NCBI RefSeq assembly: GCF_002087085.1
Contig: NZ_MWQY01000010.1
Location: forward strand, 124,001-185,921
Length of the DNA: 61,921 bases
Reading direction: 5' to 3'
Shown here one piece after another: positions 19,053-28,871 of this stretch. The notes below the pieces were generated by a model that did not search any database, was not told the origin of the DNA, and saw only the letters and a program-made list of their open reading frames with translations. The translations under genes were made by a program, and so were the position numbers. Positions within the stretch are counted from its first letter, which is position 1. Every line of letters starts with the position of its first letter.

Positions 19053-19760
19053 TCAGTGCTTCCCTGCAGCACAGCTCCAGGAAGACCAGGATGACGGAAG
19101 CCCCGGCTCATCCAGCAATACAGACAGTTCCTCAAGATAACGGGACCGGGGAATATCCTCGGCGCCAAGGCTGCTGAGATGATGGGTATACACCTGACAG
19201 TCGATCAGTTTTACTCCCTGCAGGGAAAGAGTCCGGACCAGTCTGATGAAGGCAGCCTTGGATGCATTGGGAGAGTGGGCGAACATGGATTCCCCGAAGA
19301 AAATTTTTCCCAGGGAGAGGCCGTAGAGACCGCCCACAAGCCGCCCCTCCTGCCAGGCTTCGGCACTGTGAGCAATACCCAGACGGTGGAGCACGGAGTA
19401 GGCATCCCGCATGTCCTTGGTAATCCAGGTGCCGTCCTGCCCGGGGCGCTCCCTGGCGGCGCATTCGGCTATAACCCGGTCAAACGCAGTATCGAAGGTG
19501 ATGGTGAATACGCCGCGCTTCAGGACCCGGCGCATGCTTTTTGAAACATGCAGCCCTTCGGGGTACAGCACAAAACGGGGATCGGGACTCCACCAGAGGA
19601 TGGGGTCTTCGTCGCTGAACCAGGGGAAAATCCCCTGCCGGTAGGCGGAGACCAGCATACCTGGAGAGAGGTTACCGCCGGAAGCAACGATGCCAGGCGG
19701 TTCAGCCTCCCGTGGGTCGGGGAACTGAAAGGAGTCGTCAGCCGACAGATAGGGAAACAT
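19053..19760 (-). CDS. aat: Leucyl/phenylalanyl-tRNA--protein transferase
   Basis: AYRQGIFPW, WWSPDPR, GGLYG, FFGESMF, ASKAA. Confidence 0.96.
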   Translation of the reverse strand: MFPYLSADDSFQFPDPREAEPPGIVASGGNLSPGMLVSAYRQGIFPWFSDEDPILWWSPDPRFVLYPEGLHVSKSMRRVLKRGVFTITFDTAFDRVIAECAARERPGQDGTWITKDMRDAYSVLHRLGIAHSAEAWQEGRLVGGLYGLSLGKIFFGESMFAHSPNASKAAFIRLVRTLSLQGVKLIDCQVYTHHLSSLGAEDIPRSRYLEELSVLLDEPGLPSSWSSWSCAAGKH

Positions 19761-22066
19761 CAGCTCTGGTTTTGCTCCGCCGGGCTTATTACGACCTCGC
19801 CGTCCAGGTAGTCAGCAACCGCCTTTCCGCCCGCAGAAAGATCACCGAAGAGTACGGCATCCACAAAGTAATGCTTGATCTTCTCGCTTACAAGCCTGGC
19901 TATGTTTCTGGCGCCGAAATCGGGACTGTAGCCCTCCTCCGCCAGATACTCCCTGCAGGCCTCGGTGAGTTCCAGTTCGACGTTCTTTTCCTTGAGCTGC
20001 TGCCTGAAGGCATCGATCTCCTTGTCCACGATGTTCAGAACCACCCGTTTGTCCAGACGGCCGAAGGTGACTATCTTGTCCAGCCGGTTACGGAACTCAG
20101 GCGAAAAGGCCCGGTCCACCGCGTCGCCGATGGCCTGTTCGGTAACATTCCGTTCCCCGAATCCGATCATGGGTCTGCCCATCTCCCGGGCACCGGCGTT
20201 GGAGGTCATAATGATAATCACGTTACGGAAGTCCGCCTTGCGTCCGGCGTTGTCAGTAAGGGTTGCGTAATCCATTACCTGGAGCAGCACGTTGAAAATG
20301 TCCTGGTGGGCCTTCTCGATTTCGTCCAGAAGCAGCACAGCATGGGGGGTTTTGCGGATGGCATCCGTCAGAAGGCCTCCCTCCTCGTAACCGACGTAAC
20401 CCGGAGGAGAGCCCACAAGGCGGGAAACGGTATGCTTTTCCTGGTATTCACTCATATCGAAGCGGTGCAGATGAATCCCCAGAAGGTCCGCCAGCTGCCG
20501 GGCAAGCTCGGTTTTTCCTACCCCGGTGGGACCGACAAAGAGAAAGGAGGCCACCGGTTTGTCAGGACCCTTGAACCCGGCGCGGCTTCGTTTGACGGCC
20601 TGCACCACCGCATCAACTGCGGCATCCTGGCCGAAAATCCTGTTCTTCAAGTCGGACTCGAGACTCTTGAGCCGGTCTGTTTCAGTAACGGAGACGCTTC
20701 GCTCGGGGATTTTTGCGATCTTCGAGATTACCTTTTCCACCAGGTCCTCGCCGATCTCCTTTGTGTCGTTGTTTTCGGCATTCTCCCGGAAGGCCATGAT
20801 ACGGGTATAGGCTCCGGCCTCGTCGATTACATCGATGGCCTTGTCCGGCAGATGGCGGTCGTTGATATACTGATGGGACAGGTCCACGGCGGTGCGCAGG
20901 GCTTCGTCGGTGTAGTGCACATTATGATGCTCTTCGTAACGCTGCCTCAGTCCCAGCAGGATCTGGTAGGTCTCCTCCGGGGTCGTCTCGTCGATCTCTA
21001 TCCGCTGGAAACGCCGTGAGAGGGCCCTGTCGCGCTCAAAGAATTTTTTGTACTCGTCATAGGTTGTGCTTCCCATACAGCGGATCTTGCCCGTCGCCAG
21101 GGCCGGCTTTAAAAGGTTCGAGGCATCCATGGAGCCTCCGGAGGTCGCCCCGGCCCCCACTATGGTATGGATCTCATCTATAAAAAGGATCACCTTCTCC
21201 TCTTTTTCCAGCTCCTTGAGAATCATCTTGATCCGTTCCTCGAAGTCGCCCCTGAACCGCGTGCCGGCAAGAAGAGAACCCATATCCAGGGAAAAAACCC
21301 GGTAGTCCTTTAGCATGGCCGGAACCTTGTCCTCGGCGATTCTTGCGGCAAGTCCTTCGGCGACAGCGGTCTTCCCTACCCCGGGATCGCCGACAAGAAT
21401 CGGGTTATTTTTGAGCCGTCTGCACAGGACCTGGATTGTACGTTCCAGTACATCCTCCCGGCCGATAAGGGGTTCCAGAGAACCATCCCGGGCAGCCTGG
21501 GTAAGCTCCCTGGTAAAGGAGTCCAGGGCTTTGCGCTTCTTTTTTCCCTTTTCCTGTTCTTCCCCGGCTTCCTGATCAGGTTCAAGTTCCGCCTCTTCGT
21601 CCTCGCCCATGCCCCCGGAAATCCCGGCCCCGTCCCCGGAAAAATCTCCTGTTGTATGGGAGATTATACTCAGAAGGGTATAACGGCTTATGCCCGCCTT
21701 CTTGAGATAATAGGCACCGAAGGACTCCTTCTCATCCAGAATCGATACAAGAAGGTCCCCCACCTCCAGAATCTTGGAGGAGGAAGCTTCGGTATGAAAC
21801 ACCGCCCGTTCTATGACCCCCTGAAAACCGATGGACTGGACCGGTTCGGTATCTTCCACCCTGGGGACCTTGTCGTCGAAATACGCGACCAGTTCATCCT
21901 TAAGCTCGTCGGGATCCGCACCGCAAAGGCTGACGATCTCCCGGGTGGAGTCAAAGAAAAGAGCGGCATATAATATATGTTCGGGAAGCAGAAACTCGTG
22001 TTTTCTGTTTTTCGCGTCCAGATACGCGGCATTCAGAATGCTCTGAACGTCTTCACTTACCTTCAT
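19760..22066 (-). CDS. clpA: ATP-dependent Clp protease ATP-binding subunit ClpA
   Basis: Two AAA modules (GDPGVGKT, GPTGVGKT), no M-domain; between clpS and aat. Confidence 0.96.
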   Translation of the reverse strand: MKVSEDVQSILNAAYLDAKNRKHEFLLPEHILYAALFFDSTREIVSLCGADPDELKDELVAYFDDKVPRVEDTEPVQSIGFQGVIERAVFHTEASSSKILEVGDLLVSILDEKESFGAYYLKKAGISRYTLLSIISHTTGDFSGDGAGISGGMGEDEEAELEPDQEAGEEQEKGKKKRKALDSFTRELTQAARDGSLEPLIGREDVLERTIQVLCRRLKNNPILVGDPGVGKTAVAEGLAARIAEDKVPAMLKDYRVFSLDMGSLLAGTRFRGDFEERIKMILKELEKEEKVILFIDEIHTIVGAGATSGGSMDASNLLKPALATGKIRCMGSTTYDEYKKFFERDRALSRRFQRIEIDETTPEETYQILLGLRQRYEEHHNVHYTDEALRTAVDLSHQYINDRHLPDKAIDVIDEAGAYTRIMAFRENAENNDTKEIGEDLVEKVISKIAKIPERSVSVTETDRLKSLESDLKNRIFGQDAAVDAVVQAVKRSRAGFKGPDKPVASFLFVGPTGVGKTELARQLADLLGIHLHRFDMSEYQEKHTVSRLVGSPPGYVGYEEGGLLTDAIRKTPHAVLLLDEIEKAHQDIFNVLLQVMDYATLTDNAGRKADFRNVIIIMTSNAGAREMGRPMIGFGERNVTEQAIGDAVDRAFSPEFRNRLDKIVTFGRLDKRVVLNIVDKEIDAFRQQLKEKNVELELTEACREYLAEEGYSPDFGARNIARLVSEKIKHYFVDAVLFGDLSAGGKAVADYLDGEVVISPAEQNQS

Positions 22067-22107
22067 CTATACAACCTTACCTTTCCACTTTGCAGTATAT
22101 CCGGCGT

Positions 22108-22425
22108 CTAGGCCGGTTCCACGGTACAGCGAAGGGGGAACTCCCGCTCCTTGGCTATGCGATGGACCCGGGTTGCCCGGGTCGAGGCTACATCCCAGGT
22201 GTAGACACCGACAACGCCCCGTCCCTTCTTATGCACGTCAAGCATAATCCGGGTGGCATCGGGCACCTCTTTATGAAAAACCACCATCAGAATCTCAACC
22301 ACAAACTCCATTGTCGTGTAATGATCATTGTGGAGAACCACCTTGTACATCTCCGGTTCCTTGAGACGCTGGTCCGATTTTTCAACTACTTCCGAATCGA
22401 AGTTCCGGGCACCCTGATCGGACAT
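22108..22425 (-). CDS. clpS: Clp protease adaptor ClpS
   Basis: YKVVLHNDHYTTMEFV, MLDVHKKG, FPLRC. Confidence 0.96.
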   Translation of the reverse strand: MSDQGARNFDSEVVEKSDQRLKEPEMYKVVLHNDHYTTMEFVVEILMVVFHKEVPDATRIMLDVHKKGRGVVGVYTWDVASTRATRVHRIAKEREFPLRCTVEPA

Positions 22426-22558
22426 ACTGCACAATACTCCTGACTGAAACATAGTAGCCGGCCTCCCTTTTGCAGAGAGGCCGACGGGAGTAAATTTAGC
22501 TAAACTTTCGTCGATGATCAACGGTAAGAAGAGGAAATATGAGGCAGGCCGCGGAAAA

Positions 22559-23449
22559 CTACCCGACGGGCTTCAGATCCAGTCCTTTCAGGACAGTTCT
22601 GAGTTTATCCCGGGCTTCGTCACTCAGGGGACGTACAGGGAGTTTCGGTTTTCCCACATCCACTCCCATCAGGTTGAGCCCCTCCTTAAGGACCGCAGGA
22701 AAGGTACCGAGACCGAAAGCCTGCCGTAAAGGTGCAAGTTTCTGCTGCAGCTCGAGGCTTCTGCCCGGATTCCCCTTCTGAAAACTCTCGTACAGTTCAA
22801 CAATCAGTCCCGGGGCGATATTTCCCGATGCCGGAACGGCACCGGAACCGCCGGCGGAAAGGGTCGGATGAATAATCATGTCAAACCCGCAGAAGAAGGA
22901 AAAATCCTTTCCGCAGAGTCGGATCATCTCCACCGCATTTCCCATATTGCCGCTGGAATCCTTTATCCCCACTATGTTTTCTATCTTCGCCAGGCGTGCA
23001 ATTGTATCAGGATTGAGATTGACTCCCGTACGTCCCGGATTGTTGTACAGAAGAATGGGCAGCTTTACCGCCCCGGCTATTGCCTTGTAGTGATCATACA
23101 ATTCATCCTGGGTGGGAGTAATAAAATAGGGAGTTACAATGGAAACCGCGTCCGCCCCGGCAGCTTCAGCCGCTTTTGTAAGGGAGACAGTCTCTTCTGT
23201 TGTAATGCGGGCAGTCCCGGCAAAAACAGGAACCCTGCCCTTTACCTCATCAACGGCGATTTCCAGAGCTTCGATCCGCTCCGCATCGCTCATGGCATAG
23301 GCTTCGCCGGTACTCCCGGCTATAAAAACGCCATGCACCCCGCCGTCCATAACATAGCGGATAACCCTGCGCAAGGCATCACCATCCAGTTTTCCGTTGT
23401 CCTTAAAAGGGGTAACAAGGGGGGGAATAATTCCATGAAAATCACTCAT
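22559..23449 (-). CDS. DapA-family (DHDPS/NAL/KDG aldolase-like) lyase
   Basis: GSTGE, LYNNPGRTG, GIKDSSG (Schiff-base Lys); catabolic context. Confidence 0.88.
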   Translation of the reverse strand: MSDFHGIIPPLVTPFKDNGKLDGDALRRVIRYVMDGGVHGVFIAGSTGEAYAMSDAERIEALEIAVDEVKGRVPVFAGTARITTEETVSLTKAAEAAGADAVSIVTPYFITPTQDELYDHYKAIAGAVKLPILLYNNPGRTGVNLNPDTIARLAKIENIVGIKDSSGNMGNAVEMIRLCGKDFSFFCGFDMIIHPTLSAGGSGAVPASGNIAPGLIVELYESFQKGNPGRSLELQQKLAPLRQAFGLGTFPAVLKEGLNLMGVDVGKPKLPVRPLSDEARDKLRTVLKGLDLKPVG

Positions 23450-23471
23450 TCTATGCATCCTTATTGATAGT

Positions 23472-24425
23472 TTATTGGAAAAACTCTTCCGTCTTCTTTT
23501 TCTCGAACTCCTTGAACAGCGCGGTCGCTTTTACCGCTTCGATTAAGGAGGTTTCATTTTCGCTCAAATAGGGCTCATCGACGATCCGGACTGCACTCTT
23601 CAGGTGTTCCACATTGCCTGTACCATACACAACGGTCGTTACCTCATTGAAAGAGAGACACCACTTTAAAGCAGCCTGCGCCAAGACTTCCTTATCAGTG
23701 ATACCGGCTTCCCGGGCCATTTCAAACAATGCGCCTTTCATAAATGCCTCCCGGGAAATGAATCCCAGCCCTTTTTCCCGGACCCTGGGGAGAACCTTTT
23801 CAATGGCACCATAATCACCGAAGTTAAAGTTCATATAAATGGTATCGAAGCTGCCATTCTCTATCTGCTGAAGGTAGGTGTATTCCCCCGAAAAGGTGTC
23901 GGCACAGGCATATTGAATCAGACCTTCCCTTTTCAGGGCTTCAATGTTGCAGTTGATTTTTTGAATGTAATCAGGATCATTATCCAGCGCTTCCTTCATA
24001 AAAGCAAAATTGAAAAACTCGATCCGTTCCCGTCCAAGAAGTTTTAATATCCGCAGGACCTCCTTCTTCAGCTCCTCATATTTTGCCATTCGCTCATTGT
24101 TTTTATCATAGGTATAGACAAAACCTTCCGGCCGCGTCTGCACATACACCGGAAAAGGAGGAACGATCTCCTTAAGATTACGGCCAAGGGCCTCCTTCTC
24201 GGAATCATGAGTTACATCAAGAAAATTAATCCCATTTTCAAAGGCAGTTTTCAGAATCTTCTTCCGGTCTTCACCGCCGAAACCCTCAAAAATATATCCC
24301 GGAGTAATGGCTTTTGTAAAATCCTCATTAAATCCCCGTGATTTTTTATTCGGAAGATATTCGTGCCCCCCAAGGGACAGTACTGAAACTTCAGCCTCGG
24401 TTCTACCCAGTCGTCTATATTTCAT
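23472..24425 (-). CDS. Aldo/keto reductase-fold protein with an atypical active site
   Basis: MKYRRLGRT..VSVLSLG, GINFLD, ALKWCL..VTTV..G. Confidence 0.75.
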   Translation of the reverse strand: MKYRRLGRTEAEVSVLSLGGHEYLPNKKSRGFNEDFTKAITPGYIFEGFGGEDRKKILKTAFENGINFLDVTHDSEKEALGRNLKEIVPPFPVYVQTRPEGFVYTYDKNNERMAKYEELKKEVLRILKLLGRERIEFFNFAFMKEALDNDPDYIQKINCNIEALKREGLIQYACADTFSGEYTYLQQIENGSFDTIYMNFNFGDYGAIEKVLPRVREKGLGFISREAFMKGALFEMAREAGITDKEVLAQAALKWCLSFNEVTTVVYGTGNVEHLKSAVRIVDEPYLSENETSLIEAVKATALFKEFEKKKTEEFFQ

Positions 24426-24461
24426 CGTCCGTCAATAATCCTCTCTTTCTTTGATTTCAGG

Positions 24462-25742
24462 CTAACCGTACAGCAGATTGGGTGCTGCCAGGATTATTTT
24501 TGGAAAAACCAGGTATATGAAAACAGTTACGAGAATGACAAAAATAAACGGGATACTCTCTCGAAGATAGTCTTCCAGCTTGCTTCCCAGAATTCCATTT
24601 ACAACATACATGGCAATACCGAAGGGGGGAGTTAATACTCCCATGGTAACAACAACAGTAGTAATGATACCGAATAAAACCGGATTCACACCCACAGCCT
24701 CCACAAGAGGCAATAAAATCGGAGTTACAAGAATAATGACAATAGCGCCATCCATGAACATACCGAACAGAATGAGAATACCGATTACTATAGCCATGGT
24801 CAGGAAGGTGCTTCCGGTAAAACCGGTAATCAGTGCGCTTATTCGCGCAGGAACCTTGTCTATGGGAATTCCGTAGCCGAAGATCGCCGACATGGCAATC
24901 ATGTACATGATACCGCCTATATCCCGTACCGATTCGAGCAGTGTCGTGATGAGCGATTTAACTGTCAGGTCCTTGTATACGAAAAAGCCGATGACAATTG
25001 CGTAGACACAGGCCAGTCCGCCGACCTCGGCTGGAGTGAAGATACCTATCCGCAGACTCCCAAGGAGAACAAAGGGGAATATCAGCGCCCAGATTGTCTC
25101 CTTCAGGGAACCAAGGATGTCCCTGATGGTAGCGCGCTGTTCCCGTCCCCGTGGGAAATGCCGTATCCGGGACATGATGGCAACACCGATCATCAGGGTT
25201 CCCATGAGTATCAGCCCGGAGGTAAGTCCCGCTGCAAACAGGCGACCGATGGAAACCTGCCCGACAGTACCATATAGAATCATTCCGATCCCCGGAGGAA
25301 TCGTCGATGTGATCAAAGCAGTAAAACCGATTACAACGGCGGTAAAGGCTTTCGGATAGCCCTGGCGTTCCATTTCCGGGCCAAGGATTCGTGCCTCCAT
25401 GGCTGCATCCGCATTGGTGGACCCGGAACAGCCCCCCATCAGCGTACTCAATACGACGCTGACCTGGGCCATCCCTCCCCTCATGTGTCCCGCCAGGAGC
25501 ATAGCCAGCTTGACCATACGCCTGGTAATTCCGGAGGCATTCATAAGAGTACCGGCGAAAATAAACAGAGGAACGGCCAGCAAGGTCACGTTCTGGGTCT
25601 GGGAAATCGGCAGCTGAACCATGGTAATAAGAGGCAATTCCGGATGCTGCAGAAAGAAAGTCGCCCCGGCTATCCCCACAGCGAAGCCCACCGGCATTCC
25701 AAGAAAAAGCAGTACAAGAAAAACGATCGTAACAAGTTCCAT
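24462..25742 (-). CDS. dctM: TRAP transporter large permease
   Basis: LLAVPLFI, SGSTNAD, IPPG, TPAE, LTPPFG. Confidence 0.93.
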   Translation of the reverse strand: MELVTIVFLVLLFLGMPVGFAVGIAGATFFLQHPELPLITMVQLPISQTQNVTLLAVPLFIFAGTLMNASGITRRMVKLAMLLAGHMRGGMAQVSVVLSTLMGGCSGSTNADAAMEARILGPEMERQGYPKAFTAVVIGFTALITSTIPPGIGMILYGTVGQVSIGRLFAAGLTSGLILMGTLMIGVAIMSRIRHFPRGREQRATIRDILGSLKETIWALIFPFVLLGSLRIGIFTPAEVGGLACVYAIVIGFFVYKDLTVKSLITTLLESVRDIGGIMYMIAMSAIFGYGIPIDKVPARISALITGFTGSTFLTMAIVIGILILFGMFMDGAIVIILVTPILLPLVEAVGVNPVLFGIITTVVVTMGVLTPPFGIAMYVVNGILGSKLEDYLRESIPFIFVILVTVFIYLVFPKIILAAPNLLYG

Positions 25743-25745
25743 CTA

Positions 25746-26234
25746 TCAACTCCTGGTAACAAGTGTCCGGTAGACTTTGATGGACAAGCTTATAAGCATT
25801 AAAAACGAGCATATGGGCATGCTTATGGTCACCCAGGTAAAACTCAAATGAGGGATTCCCTGGAAAGAACGATGCTTGGTAGAAATCGAGAGATCTATTC
25901 CATGGTAGAGCAGGGCGATCAGAAAAACCGCCATCAGAAGATAAAGAAACAGAGAAACAACGGTCTGCAGTTTTCCCGGCAGTCTTGTATACACAAAGTC
26001 AACGTTCACAAGCTTGTCTTCCCGAAATGCGACATCCGCCCCCAGGAAAACACCCCAGGTAAATACAAGCAGAGCTGTGTCCAGAGCCCAATGTATGGGA
26101 ATATCAAAGGATCTGAAAACAGCAAGGGAGAAAATCACGACAACTGTCGTGATCAGACATACGGCCGATAATGCAGCCTCAACTGCACACATACCCGCGT
26201 ATGTTCTTTTTACTATGTTTCTAAGGGTGTCCAT
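25746..26234 (-). CDS. dctQ: TRAP transporter small permease
   Basis: Four TM segments, W..FLGA; between dctP and dctM. Confidence 0.88.
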   Translation of the reverse strand: MDTLRNIVKRTYAGMCAVEAALSAVCLITTVVVIFSLAVFRSFDIPIHWALDTALLVFTWGVFLGADVAFREDKLVNVDFVYTRLPGKLQTVVSLFLYLLMAVFLIALLYHGIDLSISTKHRSFQGIPHLSFTWVTISMPICSFLMLISLSIKVYRTLVTRS

Positions 26235-26332
26235 GTGATGATCCTCTTTTAAAAGAGCCGTCCGGCAGCCCGGACAGGTTCACTGTCAGGAAGGCTGCCG
26301 GATCAGCTTGATGCGTTTTTCGGGCTTGAAAA

Positions 26333-27337
26333 TTATTTGCCCAGTTCTTTGTAGATAGCTTCCTTGGCTTCGACGACACCCAGCTCTTCATAGCTCTGCT
26401 GACCTGACTTGATAAACGCCTCTGAATCCAGTTCCTCCCAGGGAATCAGGGTCATACCGTTGTCAAGAAGATACTGCATGTCCGTACCGGCCTTGGCTTC
26501 AAGAGCCTGAGTTGCTTCGAGTCCGGCTTTATCTGCCTCTTCAAGAAGAATATCCTGATACTCCTTCGGAAGAGAGTTAAACCACTCGGCACTGGCCACA
26601 AGAACATTCATCTGATAGATATGTCGGGTTTCAATCAGGTAGTCCGCGACTTCTTCAACACTGAGCGCTCTGGCCGCAGAAACAGGAAGCTCCGCACCGT
26701 CGACAACACCAGTCTGGATACCATTATAAAGTTCGCCGTAGGGAAGACCAGTGGCGGTTGCCCCAAGGGAATTAACCGTTGCAAGCCATGCGGGAGCGGG
26801 AGCAGTCCGGATGCGAACTCCTCTCAGTTCCCGGGGGCTTCTGGCCTGAACATTTGCCATAACATTCCGAAAACCCTGGGCATAGGCGTAGGAGAGAACC
26901 TTAATGCCGAACTCATCCTCGAGTTTTTTGGACCAGCTGTTTATTGTGGGAGACCCGAGCAGGCCTTCAAAGTCGTCATATCCGGAAAGCAGATACGCTC
27001 CGTACAGAACGGAAAACTCTTCCACATAGTCTCCAAGCCGTGCAGGATCGGTTTGCCAGCCCACATTGCTGCCTTTTCTCATCTGCTCAAGGATATCTTC
27101 TTCCACGCCCAGCTGGGCATTGGGATAGACCTCTATGACGAAATCACCGTTGGTCCGTTCTTTCACAGCCTCGGCCCATCGAATATAAGCTTTATGATAC
27201 TCTTCCTTCTCTGTCTGCACGTGGCCGAAACGCAGCATGTAGCTGGGTTCACCTTCCTTTGGTTCACCCTTCCCGCCGGCGCTTACGCTGAAACACAGCA
27301 CCGCAATAAGTCCGATCACAATGATTGCTTTCTTCAT
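26333..27337 (-). CDS. dctP: TRAP transporter substrate-binding protein
   Basis: VYPNAQLG, GFR, LRGVRIR, GELYNGIQTGVVDGAE; signal peptide. Confidence 0.93.
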   Translation of the reverse strand: MKKAIIVIGLIAVLCFSVSAGGKGEPKEGEPSYMLRFGHVQTEKEEYHKAYIRWAEAVKERTNGDFVIEVYPNAQLGVEEDILEQMRKGSNVGWQTDPARLGDYVEEFSVLYGAYLLSGYDDFEGLLGSPTINSWSKKLEDEFGIKVLSYAYAQGFRNVMANVQARSPRELRGVRIRTAPAPAWLATVNSLGATATGLPYGELYNGIQTGVVDGAELPVSAARALSVEEVADYLIETRHIYQMNVLVASAEWFNSLPKEYQDILLEEADKAGLEATQALEAKAGTDMQYLLDNGMTLIPWEELDSEAFIKSGQQSYEELGVVEAKEAIYKELGK

Positions 27338-27445
27338 CCGTTTCCTCCTAAAGAATTTTAATCAAACGAAACCAGCACCTTATCGATAGATACCGTTACC
27401 TCCTCATCTCGACTCAAAAGCAGCCGGTGACGTCTGATTGATACT

Positions 27446-27484
27446 TGGTATAGTAATGGTATTCCAGCATTATCGTCCTGTCAA
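27446..27484 (-). promoter_or_regulatory. dctP promoter with overlapping GntR-type operator half-sites
   Basis: Minus strand TTGACA-17-TACCAT; TGGTATTCCA (27457-27466) resembles the perfect TGGTATACCA at 27677-27686. Confidence 0.55.
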
Positions 27485-27669
27485 TGATTTATTTTTCTCA
27501 CCAGGCCTTCAGAACACACAAGCTCAAGCAGGTCCCGGCCGTGAATTAGCCCTTAATTTCTTTATATACAGCATTTTAACCTGATCAGACCATTTCTCTT
27601 TACAGATACGAAAAAATGTAATATTCTATAACTCTATTGATACTTGAACCTGTAACGATGGGATAAATC

Positions 27670-28365
27670 ATGAGCTTGGTATACCACAGTGATGATGTCT
27701 ACAAGGATCTTAAGCGCCGGATTATCGAAGAAGACCTTCGGCCCGGGGATGTCCTCGTGGAACGTGATGTGAGCCTCAATTATAATGTCAGCAGGACTCC
27801 CGCCAGAGAAGCTCTTCGGCAACTGGTATCTGACGGGCTTGTTGTGCTCATACGCGGTCGCGGTTACTCGGTACGTCAGCTGAGCGTTGAAGATATTATA
27901 GAAGTTTTTGTTGCCAGAGAAAGTATAGAGGGAACCCTTGCAAATCTGTCGGCTTCGCACTTGAATGAAAAAATGCAGCATCGCCTGGAAAACCTGAAAA
28001 ATGAGATGGAGGAGATCGATCCGGAAATCAGTCCTGAGAAGGTAATAGAAACGGGCAGCCGACTGCATAATCTGATAGCAGAAACTGCCCATAATACCAT
28101 GCTCTACAAATTCTACCAGGAACTCTGCACCGTCGCCGCACTTACCAGAAACCTGGGCAAGTACACCTCAAAAATAGAATCCATCTCCCGGGACGAGCAC
28201 ATCCTCATCATAAACAGCCTCATCGCAGGAAATCGTGAAGACGCAGAAGGTTACATGAGACTGCATCTGCGCCGCACCTGTGAACGCATCGTCAGCTCCT
28301 ATCTGCAGAAGCGGACGACGTCTCACCATTTTCTGCATCACACGGAAGCTGGATCACTGCCGTAA
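27670..28365 (+). CDS. GntR-family regulator (FCD domain)
   Basis: VSRTPAREAL HTH; EH..II..L..G FCD motif. Confidence 0.92.
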   Translation: MSLVYHSDDVYKDLKRRIIEEDLRPGDVLVERDVSLNYNVSRTPAREALRQLVSDGLVVLIRGRGYSVRQLSVEDIIEVFVARESIEGTLANLSASHLNEKMQHRLENLKNEMEEIDPEISPEKVIETGSRLHNLIAETAHNTMLYKFYQELCTVAALTRNLGKYTSKIESISRDEHILIINSLIAGNREDAEGYMRLHLRRTCERIVSSYLQKRTTSHHFLHHTEAGSLP

Positions 28366-28838
28366 ACCAGGTCCTCCGCAGAGAACATTTTCCCCGTATC
28401 GAGAATCATGACAAAGCTCTCCTCATGCTTACCGATTCCTTTAAGGTACGAGGTATCTCCGCTTCTGACGGACCCGCCCACTTGAGGCGGCTGATCGATC
28501 ATATCCTCCCCGATATGCAGAACCGCATCCACCGTATCGGTGAGGACCCCCAGGGAGGCAGCCAATCCTCTTTTGCTCAAATCGAGAACGATAATCGATT
28601 GAGTACCGTCTTCCGTTTCCATGAGCTCGGATTCGAATTTCATCCGAAGATCCACTACCGGGACTACCGCCCCCCGAACATTTATAATACCCCGCATATA
28701 GGCTGGAGCCCCGGGAATCCGGGTGATTCTCCTCAGGTCCAGGACCTCCCGAACCTCCTCTACCGGAAGGGCGTAGCGTTCGCCCTTCAAACTGAATACA
28801 AGATACTGATTACTTGTCTCTTTTGCAGTCTCGTTCAT
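28338..28838 (-). CDS. cheW: Chemotaxis adaptor CheW
   Basis: ITRIPGAP..GIINVRG.VVPVVDL. Confidence 0.93.
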   Translation of the reverse strand: MNETAKETSNQYLVFSLKGERYALPVEEVREVLDLRRITRIPGAPAYMRGIINVRGAVVPVVDLRMKFESELMETEDGTQSIIVLDLSKRGLAASLGVLTDTVDAVLHIGEDMIDQPPQVGGSVRSGDTSYLKGIGKHEESFVMILDTGKMFSAEDLVYGSDPASV

Positions 28839-28871
28839 ATAATAATCCCCATTGTACAAGATCAGTCTGTT

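Noticed and set aside
27396..27407. MRR* uORF in the dctP leader
   Set aside because: It has no convincing SD or associated terminator and is likely chance.
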